Shown: one piece after another, positions 16,811 to 30,961 of the stretch
Layout of the letters: the number at the start of each line of letters is the position of its first letter
How positions within the stretch are numbered: position 1 is the first letter of the stretch
NCBI RefSeq assembly: GCF_009914755.1
Contig: NC_060926.1
Source of the DNA: the human T2T-CHM13v2.0 reference genome, Homo sapiens
Direction: 5' to 3' (one strand)
Length of the DNA stretch: 64,000 bases
The notes under the pieces: generated by a model
What the model was told of the DNA's origin: nothing
Databases searched by the model: none
The model's input: only the letters and a program-made list of their open reading frames with translations
Program-made: the position numbers and the translations under genes

Positions 16811-17829
16811 GTTAATGATGATGATGATGATGAAGATTCTGAGAAGAGCAAGAATAATTATTATCATGTGTGAAGTGGTTAGAAGGCTGCAAATATATGT
16901 AATTCTTCCCATAATCAATGATCCACATCCAAAATCCCTCCTTAAGATTGAAACTCCAATTTAAGCCTCAAAATGGCAGCCCAATTACCCCAAATTGTAA
17001 AGATATTCCTGTAGAAGCCTAGCAATGTTTTCCAAGGACTATCAATGCCCTAAACCAGCTCATCTCAAACTTTTTAAAAAATAATCAAACTATTTTATTC
17101 TTTAGTTGTGAGAGTGTTAGAAACCCAATGCTTTGGCTATAAAGTTTCATACAAAATAATCAAAACACTCCAGGAGCTAAAATATCACCAGACACTTTTA
17201 TGGAGTCTGATGATGAGTGAGAAAGATCCATCCAGAAAGACCTATGAAAAATCATTATTATATTATACTCAACTGCTTTCATGCACCACCTACAGATGCT
17301 CAGGGAGAAGGAAATGATAGCTCTATGTAACATGATTTAAGCATTCCAGAGACTGTTGGCTTTGCCATGAAACATCAATTTCTTGGCACTTTCACATTAC
17401 TTGTTCATGTTGTCATATTTTTGGAGAAAAATAACAAAACAGTTGGACCAAACAATAATATTTCTCAAACAAATACACCTTCTGCCTTCTCTGGTGTTTT
17501 TATGTTTACATGCTTGAAAGAGCCAATAGTCATTACTACATCCAGGCAATAATATTGAAACTGGAAATGTACTTGTATCTTTGCAATAAATCACAGAAGA
17601 GAGCTGCTCTCTTAGTAGAGAGACCTAAAGATGGTAAAATAAATAGATAACTTGTCTTCTGTGGGAAAACAAAAAGTTTGTGTATGTGTGTGTCTTGGAT
17701 ACTACCAAAAGATGTCTATTTTTTCCTCTTTTTATGTGTTATATTCAGGCTTCCTTATATTTCTATCTTGATATGCAGAAATATATATTAATAGGTTGGA
17801 AAAATGATAAGTACAAACACAACAAAGAG

Positions 17830-18023
17830 CAGTAGTAATTTTCGAATTTGCTTATGCATCAAAATTACCTGGAGCTTTTTTTTAACACAGATTCCTGTGC
17901 CTAACCCCAACAGTTTCTCATTCAACAGGCCTAAGACAAAACTGAGACCTTGTATTCCTAATCAGTTCCCATCCAGGTGAAGCTGCTGCTGCTAGATCAG
18001 GGACCACCATTTGAGAACCAGTG
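17830..18023. mobile_element. MER5A DNA transposon
   Basis: gcatcaaaattacctggagc...ccaggtgaagctgctgctgct...gggaccaccatttgagaaccagtg. Confidence 0.8.
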
Positions 18024-18504
18024 ATGGAGAAGAATGGTCACCAACCTTACTTGGTATCACAGAACGAGTGTTCTGGTCTTAACACTTCTGTGTGACCCAA
18101 AGCACAATATTTAATTTCTCCAGATTAGTTTCCCAATGGTGAAATGAGGAGTTTGCACAAGACAAGCTTCGAGATTTTTTTTCAACACCAATGAACCATG
18201 AACGCTAAGCTTTCTCTGTGCCTTGTAGCCTCTGAAAGGCACCAGACTGATTTAGGTGCTGCTCCTCCATCATGCACAGGGATTCTGTCCTTGATTTGGT
18301 CTCCATCAATGATTTGCAAAGGTTGTCAAAAGCAGCAAGGGCAGTTAAATAGATGGCATCCTATTTCTAAAAAGTAAAATGTTTACAACTTGTTAGCTCT
18401 TCCTCCCATGTGTAGTAGAGAGAATACATCATCGGATTCGGCTTCAAATGAACATCCTTCATAGTGTCTGTCTTAGTAGGAGAATTGACATAATAACAAA
18501 AATT

Positions 18505-18740
18505 GAAATTTATATTTATCAAATACTTACTATATGCCAAACACTATAAGGTCTTTATATACATTGTCATTTAGTCCTTATTGTAACCCCGTAGGGCATT
18601 CAATATTGTTATGCTCAATTTAGGCAGCAAAATGTACTCAGAATAGCCTTTCAATCCACTCGAAGTCACACGGATCAAGCAGCAAAACTGAGATGCAAAA
18701 TCAACCTAGTCTGATTTCAGATCTAGGGCCCCTGATCATG
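18505..18740 (-). mobile_element. MIR
   Basis: atttatcaaatacttactatatgccaaacact...gtcatttagtcctta...aagtcacacgg. Confidence 0.6.
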
Positions 18741-18764
18741 GTGAAAGTTTAAATTTTATTGCAT

Positions 18765-19117
18765 CTATATATATATCATATATATAAAATATATATGATA
18801 TATATAATATATTATATATGATATATCATATAAAATATATATATGATATATCATATATAAAATATATATATGATATATCATATATAAAATATATATGATA
18901 TATCATATAAAATATATATATGATATATCATATATAAAATATATATGATATATCATATATATAAAATATTATATGATATATATAATATATTATATATAAT
19001 ATATCATATATATATAATATATATGATATATATATTATATATGATATATCATATATATAAGATTGCATATATATAATTGTGTATATATATATAAATGTAA
19101 TAAAATATATATAAAAT
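18765..19117. repeat. AT-rich minisatellite with ~25-27-bp unit containing the palindrome ATATGATATATCATAT
   Basis: Repeated atatgatatatcatatataaaatatat units; almost entirely A/T. Confidence 0.9.
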
Positions 19118-19616
19118 TGTAGTATAAACTGCAGTTATACCCTAACTTAGGGTGAATATTTGGTTCCAACAACTGATCAGGTGAAAGGATGAGATGGGAG
19201 AAGTGTGAGGGCAGAAATTCAGTGGGCAGAGCCAGTGAGACTCATGCTGAAATCCAGGTAGATTCAAAACACAAAAGCCATCAAAGTAGGTCAAAATCAA
19301 ACCCAGAGCAGCTAATGGGCTACTGGGAAGATATAAGAACGGGGAATTATATGGGAGCTAGTCCAAGATGGTTCCTGGAATAAGACTTGTTAGTACTGAA
19401 GAAGGAATCTCATTTATCTAAAGAAGCCATCCTTTGTCCTAGAGCCTGACCCTGGCTTATCACTTAACCCACTCCTACACATGGGCAAAACAAACACTAG
19501 GCTAAGAAAGGCCAGTAATCCACGGATATTATCCCAGTTCTTCATAGGGAGAAGAAAATTGACTTGATTCTTAAATTACTCAGCATCAAAATCATTTTAA
19601 TTTTACCAACAAATAA

Positions 19617-19919
<303 letters not shown>

Positions 19920-20217
19920 AAAATGGAATATTTTATATTTAGAGGACTCTGAGTGACTTACTGGAAATCTGCCCATCCTCAAAGCTCCAAACAAGTTACC
20001 AGCCAGATTCAGTGCTCTTTTGCAAAGGCCTTTTCGGCAATAGTGGCTCCTGATTTCCTCAGTAGGTCCTAAGAAGGGCCATTCTGGTTGAACAGAGGCT
20101 GAGAGACTCTTTAAACTGCATTTACTTATTCTTTTATAGGATTCTATATTTATTTGGGGTGTGTTGAAATGAATGTCTGTGGCAACTCCAGTGTTTTAAT
20201 TTTTTAATGTTACGTTT

Positions 20218-20735
20218 GTTGAAGATCAAAATATGCCACCCCAACATAAGCCACTTTGGCATAAGTGTTATTTTGAACTGGAGGCAAATGAGATCCAACA
20301 GATGCATGTGCCTTCCCGGCACAACCCTGATCTGAGTAAAAGCAGAAACTCCTGAGAAATGAGAACTTCCATCAACTCCTTTCATAGGGAAGTTTTCTGG
20401 CTATGAAAAGAACAAAAAGTCAGCACTGAGATGGACCTGCACAAGCAAACCTTACTCCATGAGCGCCCCCATGTGTTAACCTTCTGCCTCGGAAGGCTAA
20501 CGGTCTTGTCACCACTACAAAGGCATTGCTCTTTGCTGAGATGCTATGTAAGCCCAAGTTCTAACCATCCCTTTGTGCTACTCATCACTAAGATTCCTCC
20601 TTGTACCCTGCACAGGATAATAAGCTGAACAATCTGTTTTTCTCCTGTTACGCCGTCTTCTGTCAGTCTGATTTGCAGGGCCCCAGCAAATAACCTAAGA
20701 CTGGTAAAGGAAAAAGACTTTTTACCTCCCTTTCC
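20218..20735 (+). mobile_element. MER34-like ERV1 solo LTR
   Basis: tgaagatcaaaatatgccaccccaacataagccactttggcataagtgttattttgaactg matches the MER34 5' end. Confidence 0.75.
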
Positions 20736-21019
20736 TGTTCATGATATCTGAGGGACTGAGAAGAGAAGAAGGAAGTTAAGCCTCTGACTCAAGCTATCCC
20801 CTGGACCACCAACACTGTACATTCTTAGCAGGCATGCTGGAGGCTTTCCTCCATTCCAGGGGCTGCACAAGGTGTTTTCCTAGAATGAGACCCCTACTAA
20901 CCTTCCCCAGGGGCTCGCAGACATATAAGGCTGGCAGACACATCAATGATGAGCTACCATGGAAGCAGAATTATATCAATAATTTTTCTCTCAAAAATAC
21001 CCCCATACAGTCTTCCCCA

Positions 21020-21270
21020 TCTCAGTAAACAATAAAGGTAAATGTTATCGCAATGTTTACAATATTTTCTACATGTTTTACGTATGGTAACTGATGAAAG
21101 CATTACAACCACACTATAAAGAAATACTATCAGTAATTCCACTTTATAGATGAGGACAGTGATGCACAGAAAAGTAACTTGCCTGAGGCTGCAGGAAGTA
21201 TATAACAGAATCAGGAATTAAGCCAGAGCAGTATGGCTCCAGGCTCATCATGCTAATACACATGACTCCC
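21020..21270 (-). mobile_element. MIR
   Basis: ccactttatagatgaggacagtgatgcacagaaaagtaacttgcctgagg. Confidence 0.7.
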
Positions 21271-21289
21271 TTTCTAACTGGAAGCTGCA

Positions 21290-21580
21290 TTCCAGATGGG
21301 CAGGCCCAAATGCTTGGCTCCTTCTCTTTTTCTTCCACCTTATTCCCGTTCAATTTCAAAACACATCTCACCTTCTCCTCCACTGCCTCCCTGGTCCAGG
21401 CACCGTTGAACCTCACCTAGATTATAGCGACAGCTTTTCACTGGTCTCCCAGCTTCTGCCCTTGAGCCTCCATGGTCTATTCTAATAACAACAAGAGTGA
21501 CCTGGACCTGGGCTCCAAAGCCTGTGATGCTGTATGAACTCAAGGTAAAAGCCAGTTCCTCACAGTCTTTTCAGGGCCTC
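21290..21580 (+). mobile_element. L2 fragment
   Basis: ctcctccactgcctccctggtccaggcacc...actggtctcccagcttctgccctt. Confidence 0.6.
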
Positions 21581-21939
21581 CAGGTGTTCATGCCTCACTG
21601 ATGGCACATCCGGGAGCTTGCATGATGACCTTGCATTGCCCACCTCAGCCTCCATACAGCCATAAGGCACAGACTTATCAATGGCACACAATCTTATCAG
21701 ATCATGTATATGTTCTGCTGAAGCATTGTTAGATACGAATTTATCACAGAGCCCTAGCCATCATTAACAGAAGGTAATAATTTATAAGTGATGGACTGAC
21801 TACACAGTAGGAGGCCATACCCCAGAAGTCATCCCTTGAAGGAGAACTGCCTAGAAAAGCTCCACAACCACTAACATCTATGTCCGGTATTTCGGCCACC
21901 GATACTTTGAGTTTATGTGCCGTAGCAACTGCTATAGGC

Positions 21940-22200
21940 AACTCAAATGGTAGTGAGAGCATAGGCTTTGGGATCAGACTGCCAGAGACTGTATCTTAGC
22001 TCTATCATTTACTATAACCTTTGCCAAGTTACTTTACCTCTGCCTGCCCTAGTCTAATCATCTGGTAAGATAGCTGTCATGAAAGTCCTGGTCCAAAATG
22101 TCAAAGTGATGAACAAATGGGCCAATATATGTAAAGTACTCACAACAGAGTCGTGTCTCCTAAAAACTCAAAAATGTAAGATATCATTATTAGTATTATT
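21940..22200 (+). mobile_element. MIR
   Basis: gagagcataggctttgggatcagactgcc...accttgccaagttactttacctctg. Confidence 0.7.
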
Positions 22201-22739
22201 ATAGTATTGAGAGAATATACTCACAGTCCTTAGTAGTCTTGTCTTGAAAATGATATTTCAAGGAAGTTCAAGTAATCAATGTGCACTCTAGTATATCACA
22301 TCCTTGCACACGTGGCTAGAATGAACCATCTGTAGATTGCAAAGCTGAGAACCAGGCTCTGGAACAAGCAGTCTTCTCTAACATACTGCCACCAAGTGAG
22401 GGCCTGAGTGAATGACAAGCTTTGATTCCTGTAGAACATTTTATCTCTCCTGAAAAAGAAACAATCATAGAACGAATCCAATCAAATATTGTGAAACTCA
22501 ATTTTAATAATTTTAGTTCCTCTTGACAAAACAAATTCTGGGCCTAAATTTCCTAGATTATTTCTTCAAATTTCTGTATCTTATCACCTGTATATACCCA
22601 GTAAGAGCAATTATATGGAAGTAGCAAATGACCTAAAAAGACTGTCTTGAAGCTGAACCGTGAAATTACATTTATTTTTAATTTTCAGAAACCCTGGATC
22701 CTACCCTTTTATTTTATTCTTCTTTCCATCAAATGAGCC

Positions 22740-23097
22740 TGTCTTAGTCTGTTTAGGCTACTATAACAAAATACCATAGACTGGTCAGTTAGAAATGACA
22801 AAAATTTAATTCTCACAGTTCTGTACTGGAAAGTCCAAGATCAAGGCAACGACAGAGTCAGTAAGAGCCTCCTTCCTTCATGGACAGCAGCTTTGGCTCT
22901 GTAACCTCACATGGCAGAAGGGACTAACTAGTTCTCTAGGGACTCTTTTATGAGGGCACTAATCTTATTCTTTCAGGCTCTGTTCTTAGGACCTAGTCAT
23001 CTCCCCCTAACCCCTTCTCTTAATACCTTCACCTTGGCGGTTAAGACTTCATTCAACATTTGAATTTAAGGAGATGCCAACAATCAGACTACAGCAG
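22740..23097 (-). mobile_element. MaLR LTR (MLT1A/MSTD-like)
   Basis: tgtcttagtctgtttaggctactataacaaaataccatagactgg...aagtccaagatcaagg...cagactacagca. Confidence 0.85.
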
Positions 23098-23126
23098 AGC
23101 CTAATATCTTTACATCAAGGAAGTAA

Positions 23127-23443
<317 letters not shown>

Positions 23444-25131
23444 AGTAAAAGTATTTTAAATAAAAATTTAAGAAGTTTAATGTTTATGTGTCTCTGAAAA
23501 TAAAATAATAAACAAATAGTGATTCTGAATCTTTGTTGTAATTTTACTCTACAGTTGTAATATTATATTATTTATCATAAAAATCAATGGTTTATCATTG
23601 TAACCTTGTGTGAATAATAAATTGTTCTTTCTTAAACATTAAGATGAGTTAAACTTTAACCAGATTTCAATACTCAGGAAGACAACTTTATAGTTTTTTA
23701 TTGTTTTCTCACATTTGCGAATATGTTAGCTATATATAGGGATTGGGTTATGTATATGGCACTGCTAAAGTCATGTATCAAGGTTAACTGTAATTTACTG
23801 TAAAGACTGTGGTCAAATCCCCAAATTAAAAAGATTTTTAAATTGGAAGAAAGGAATAAATTTGAAATAAATTTAACTATGTCACAGTTTTAAGAGTTCT
23901 TTCACTATATGAAATACTTTATATGAAACAAATACAAAAACTTTTCCGCTGCAAATCTCTGTCCTGACCCAAGGTCTACTTTGAGGCCATACTCAGCATT
24001 TGGCCACATCTCTTAAAACAAAGAAACTAAAATGAAAGAATAAGTGATTCAATGCCATAGTGCATTAATGATTGACAAGACTTTCATTAAAGGTTTTGCT
24101 GAAAGACAAATAAGATGGTGTACATTTCACTGTTGTGTACAATAACCATTTCATAAAAATCCCTATTAGCTATTTCTGTTCTCCCTGTATGGTTCTCTTT
24201 TCTATCAGCTCTACTCTGAATTGCTTTCATTGGCTTTCCTTGATATTTCAAGATCCCTAAAATCTCCCCCTATTAACCCAAGCAAGCCACTCTGACTTCA
24301 CGCTATTCCATCCAACGAAATAAAAGCTCCTTTGAAGCAGCTTAGAAGCCATCTCTGGTTCCCAGCCATGTGGCTTTTTCCGTCATTTAATGATCAAAAT
24401 AAGTTAGATAGATAGAGAAATTACTTATTGTGCTCTTCTGAAAAGGAAATAAGTATTTTTAAATCACCATTCATAAACTTCTCCATTTCTTATCAACCAG
24501 ATAATAACAAACAAGATATTATTTTCCCCATTTTTCAGAGAAAAGACAGAAAGATTATCCTGCCAAAGGATATCACACTACATATGATGAAATGGCTCAT
24601 TGAAGCTCCATTCATTCTATTTATCATTGACGAAGTTGGTAAGATAAAAGTTACATATTCTAGGCTATCGTATAGCATGGAGTTTGCATGTAAATTTGAT
24701 TCCACCAGTTAGATATATTCCCATGAGATTAAGAAGGTGGTGATGAGGCTGTTTCTCCTAATCAGCAAGTTCCTGGCAACATGAAGATATTCTTCAGCAA
24801 TATTTCAGGATCCGATAAAACACTAAAAATAAAAACAACTTTTGAAGACATTGGAAAGCTACTGAATCAACTGAGATTAAAAAAACTCTTCTAATATTTC
24901 TCAATGGGGGGTTGGTCTACCACAGCTATTCCATCATAATCAGAAGGAGACTTCCAGAATGACACAAAACTAGCCCATCATGGGAACGACTTCAGGTGAA
25001 AATGCCACTGAGGTTATTGCCAAAACTGTCTCATACACAGCAATCCAGAAGATGGAAGTCAATGGTAGATTAATTGAAATATTTAGACTGAAGTACAAAG
25101 TGAAACAAGGCAAATACAGAAAAAGCATTAA

Positions 25132-25431
<300 letters not shown>

Positions 25432-27148
25432 CTACTTGGCATTCTGCAAATGCCAAGCAGAATGAATATAAACAAAAATATCTCTGTGTACATCATAACA
25501 AAACTACTGAAAACCAAAGGAAAGATCAAAATCTCAAAAACAAGGTGGACAAATAGACATATTACCCAATTCCTTTTGACTTATCATCAGAAGCTAGAAG
25601 ACAGTGTATTACATCTTAAAAGTGCTGATAAAATATATCCAACAACCTAGATTTCTATACCCAGCAAATAACATCCTTCAAAAACATGGAGGTGAAATAA
25701 AAATGTTTTGGAAAAACAAAACTAAACTCTGTCGTCAGCAAATCTAAACTAACAGCAATATCAAGTGGAATTCTACAGGCAAAAAGAAAAGGATTCCAGA
25801 TAAAAGGACAGAAAAGCAGAAAAAAAAGAACAAAGGAAAGAGTATCCCAATAATAATGTCTTATTATTATCTTATATAATTCCATTTAGCCCCTTATTTA
25901 ATTCCATTTACCAAAAGGGTATTCTACCAAAAGGGGTAAATGGAATTAAACTATTATAATATCATAGTATTGTCAAGGACATGGTAAAGTGAAACTTTAT
26001 ATTACAATCTCAAGGTTAATGATTAAAAGATTTAATATGAATATATAACTAACAGTAGAGTCTATTATATTTAAAATATTGTATTAATTCAAAATAAGGC
26101 AAAGACAGAGAAACCGAAATGTAAAACAAATTGAATGAAATCAATAATAGCAAGAAAATGAATAAACCCAAATACGTCAGTAATTACATAAGTTTAGCAA
26201 GAAGATAAAATGCTCCTAAGCAACATACAGACAATAATATACTCCTAAAATATATAAAGCAAAAATTGATAAAACTAAAAAGGAGGAATAGAAAAATCTA
26301 TAACTAGAATTGGAGGATTTATCAGCAACTGATAAAACAAGCAAACAAAATAATTGACAAAATATTAGAATATAAGGAATTTATAATTAATCTAATTAAT
26401 AAATATAAGAAACTACAACATGACAGACTATGCATTTTTTTCCAATACACATGGGATATTTCCCCAGACTAACAACAAGATAAGCTAAAAAGAAGGTCTC
26501 AAAAAATGAAAAGAATTGAAATCCTTCAGAGTATGTCTTCTGACCATAATAAAATTATGCTTAAAAAACCCAAAAATATATATGACTAAAATCCTCAGTT
26601 GTTGAAAATAAATACACATTTAAACATAAAGAAGAAATTTTAAAAATAATTAGAATGTATTCTAAATGAAAATGATAATAAAACAAAACTTATGAAACTA
26701 AGAGTTGTGCTTAAAGGAAAATTTATAGCTTTCAGTTCTTATATTAAATAGAGAATGTTGAAAATCAAGTTTTAATTATTCATCTCAAGACATTAGGAAA
26801 AGAATACCTAATGAAAAGCAAAGAAAGCAGCAGAAAGAAAATGAAGATAAAAGCAGAAATTAATGAACAAAAAATATCAATAAAGCCAAAGGTTAGTTAT
26901 TTGTACTGATTAATAAAATGGATAGACTTCTAGCAAGTCTCATCAAGAGAGGAAGATAAAATCTTCAAATTCCAATATTTGGAATGAAAAAGAGAATATT
27001 ATGAGAAGCACCGATATATAATAAACAGATAAGAGAAACTAGTAAAAAACTTTTTTCTAATAAATTTGAACATTTACTTTAAATAGTTAACATTCTTTAA
27101 AGAAAAAATATCCAGCTTACTAGGTGTATGGGTCTATTTCTGGATTTT

Positions 27149-27645
27149 TGTTGAAAGCCAAAAGAATGAGGGTAGTGCAAAACTCAGTATACCACTGGAG
27201 GCTATATGAGTAAACAGCAAACTGTTCTCATGACAGCAGGATGTTAGCAAACTGACACACTGAGTCTGCTGCCCAGAAGGAATGCTGAGGGCAGTCACCA
27301 CCAAGGCACAAGTGTTTCTTGTGATTAGGCAAATCTGAAGCCTGTTAGTAATAATATGAACCTGTGATCAATCAAGCAGCTGACCAGTCGTTAGCTCCTC
27401 CTCCCTGCTCTTTCTACCCAATAAATACAAAGGACTGCAGAAGCTCAGGGCAGCTGCTTTTGCTCACTAAAAGCACAGAGCCCTCTTCTTCCCCTGGCCC
27501 CTTTTTTAAAACAGTTTCTTTTGTTTTAAGTTTTCATTTCTGTATTCATCCCCCTTTGTTCAGTCTCGTAATGACCGTCTCAAGTAGTAACAGTAATGAC
27601 TATCGTAGTGACGGTCTCAAGTAGTAACCGTGGCAGTCTGCCACA
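27149..27645 (+). mobile_element. LTR3 (HERV-K HML-6) solo LTR
   Basis: TG...CA ends; ctcagtataccactggaggctatatgagtaaacagcaaactgttctcatg; AATAAA; degenerate 6-bp TSD gatttt/gacctt. Confidence 0.8.
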
Positions 27646-28164
27646 GACCTTCTATTCTATTTCTTTAATCTGTGTCTCTCCTGCCACTTATATAACATAG
27701 CCTTGACTACTATAGCCTTGTAATGAAAGAAGAATTCAGAAGAAATGGAAAAGAATGCCCCTATATTTAATAATTTGATTTTTAAAACCGTTTTGCAAAG
27801 ATATATCCTGGCCCATAGGTTTCACTGGTGACTTTTTAAAAACAATTCAGTAACAAATAGCACCACTGTTACATAAAATCACATAGAAAAGAGGAGAGAG
27901 ACTTCACAGCTTATTTTATGAAGCCTACATAACTTTGATATAAAGACTTGACAAGGATATTACAATAATAATTACTTGCCATTTCTTTCATAAACAAAAA
28001 TATCTTTAATTAGTGAACAAAGTCCAACAATTTATAAATGTATGATAACAAGTTTTTTATCCTAGGAATATAAAAATGGCTAGAAAAAATAAGTAAATAT
28101 AGATGGAAAAGAAGTGATAAATTTCAATATTTATTATTGATATTTTATTTTATTTTTAACATAT

Positions 28165-29417
28165 TTCTTTTTTATAATCTCAACTTTTATTTTAGATTCA
28201 GGTGGTACGTGTGCAAATTTGTTACATGGGTATATTGCAAGATGCTGAAGTTTGGGGTACAAATGACCCCATTACTCAGTTAAGTTAGCATAGTACCCAG
28301 TAGGCTTTCAGACATTGCTCCCCTCCTTGTCTCCCCTCTCCAGCAGTCCCCAGTGTCTGTTGTTCCCATCTTCATGTCCATGTGTGCTCAGTGTTCAGCT
28401 TCCACTTATAAGTGAGAACATGCAGTATTCGGTTTTCTGTTCCTGCATTAATTCACTTAGGATAAAGGCCTCTGACTGAATCCATGTTGCTGCAAAGAAC
28501 ATAATTTTATTCTTTTTTATGGCTGTATAATATTCCAGGGTGTATATGTACCACATTTTCTTTATCCAATCCACCATTGATGGGGATCTAGGTATCTAGG
28601 TTGATTCCATGTCTTTGCTATTGTGAAAAGTGTTGTGATGGACATATGGGCACTTGTGTCTTTTTACAGAATGATTTATTTTCCTTTGAGTACATACCCA
28701 GTAATGGAATTGTTGGGTCAGATGGTAGCTTTGTTTTATATTCTTTGAGAAATCACCACCCTGCTTTCCGCAATGGCTGAACTAATTTACATTCCCATTA
28801 ACAGTGTATAAGTGTTCTTTTTTCTCCACATCCTTTCCAGCATCTGTTATTTTTTGACTTTTTAATAATAGCCATTCTGATTGGTGTGCAATAGTATCTT
28901 ATTGTGCTTTGACATGCAGCTCTCTGATAATTAATGACATTGAGCATTTTTTCATATGCTCTCTGGCTGCTTATGTGTCTTCTTTTGACAAGTGTCTATT
29001 TATGTCCTTTGCCCTCTTTTTAGTGAGGTTATCCATTTTTTCTTGTTGAATTGTCTAAGTTTCTTGTGGATTTTTCATATTAGAACTTTATTAGGTGTAG
29101 ATTGCAAATGTTTTTTCCCTTTCTGTAGGTTATCTGTATACATTGTCGATAGTTTCTTTTGCTGTGCAGAAGGTCTTTCATTTAATTAGATCCCACTTAT
29201 CAACGTTTGGTTATGTTGCAATTGCTTTTGAGAACTTAGTCCTGAATTTTTGGCCAAGGCCAATGTCCAGAATGGTATTTCCTGGGTTTTCTTCTAGGAT
29301 TTGTATAGTTTGAGGTTTTATATGTAAAGATTTAATCCATCTTGAGTTAGTTTGTTTATATGGTGAGAGATAGGAGTCTAGATGCATTCTTCTGCCTATG
29401 GCTAGCCAGTTATCCAA
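28165..29417 (-). mobile_element. L1PA15/16-like 3' fragment
   Basis: caacttttattttagattcaggtggtacgtgtgc 3' end; ORF2 C-terminal peptides at 28395-28577 and 29211-29417. Confidence 0.85.
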
Positions 29418-30595
29418 GCTTTCTTGCCAAACTGTGAATAAAAGAGAACTTCCTCAAACTGGTAAAGATTTTTTTAATTAAAAAATAATTCTTAATGATG
29501 AAATGTTGAGATGAAGGTGGAGATAAAGATACCCACTTTAACAATTTCTTTTCTACTTAGAAGTGAAGAATGAATCAATGTTATGAAGTAAGAGAATGAA
29601 ATAAGAATTATAAAGACAAAAGGGAAAAATCATTATTTGCAGACATCACATTGTATATGTAGAAAATCTGAAGGAATTTACAGGCATATTGCAACTAACA
29701 AACAAATTAACAAAGGTTCTAAGGTACGAAAAGATGTAAAAGTAAGTGTATCCTCGTATACCAAAAACACACAAAAGGAATGTATATTTTGGAAATTAAA
29801 AATACGACAATATCCATAAATAAATCTAACAAAAGATATCATATAAGATCTCTGCATTATTATGTTAATCTAAATAGAGGTATATGTCATGTTTGCATAT
29901 CAGAAGACTTAATAAAGACTTACATTCTTTCAAAAATAATCTTTAGAGTCCACACTCTAAATACAGGGTCTCAAACCAATTCCCAGAAAAGCTGTGTGTT
30001 ATAGTAATTAAGGTTGTGTGCTGTGGGCAGTAGCAGAGACAAATAAACCAAAAGAACTAAACAGAAAATCTAGAAACACATCCCCACACTTTATTATGGT
30101 GGAGGTAAATTGTAGTGCAAAGAGAAAAGAAACGTCTCTTCAAATAATAGTTCTGGGTCAATTACACCTTCACATGAAAAATGTCAACATTGATTCCTAC
30201 TTCACAGTTGATTAAAAAGTAGACTCCAGATAGACTGGAGATCTGAGTATGAATAGTAGAACAATTAAACTACCAGAAGAAAACATAAGAGAACATCCTT
30301 GTGACCTTGGAATGAGTGAAGATTTCTCAAGCACAACAAAAGAGCTGCAGTTACTAAGAAAAACATTGATAGACTGGACAATAATCGATTTGTCTCTCAA
30401 AAGGTACAATTAAAAGAGTGAAATGTCAGGTCTATGCATTGGGAGAAGATATTTGAAATAATCACAATTCACAATGGACAAACACCCAGAATATGTAAGT
30501 AACTTCTACAAGTCAAAAAGAAGAAAACATTGTAGAAAACTGTTTCACAAAAGAAAATATCCAAATGGCCACTCAACATATAAAAAGATGCTTGA

Positions 30596-30961
<366 letters not shown>

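Noticed and set aside
27568-27628. Tandem 21-bp repeat (cgtaatgaccgtctcaagtagtaac-like) in the LTR
   Set aside because: Probably intrinsic to the LTR3 U5 region rather than a new element.
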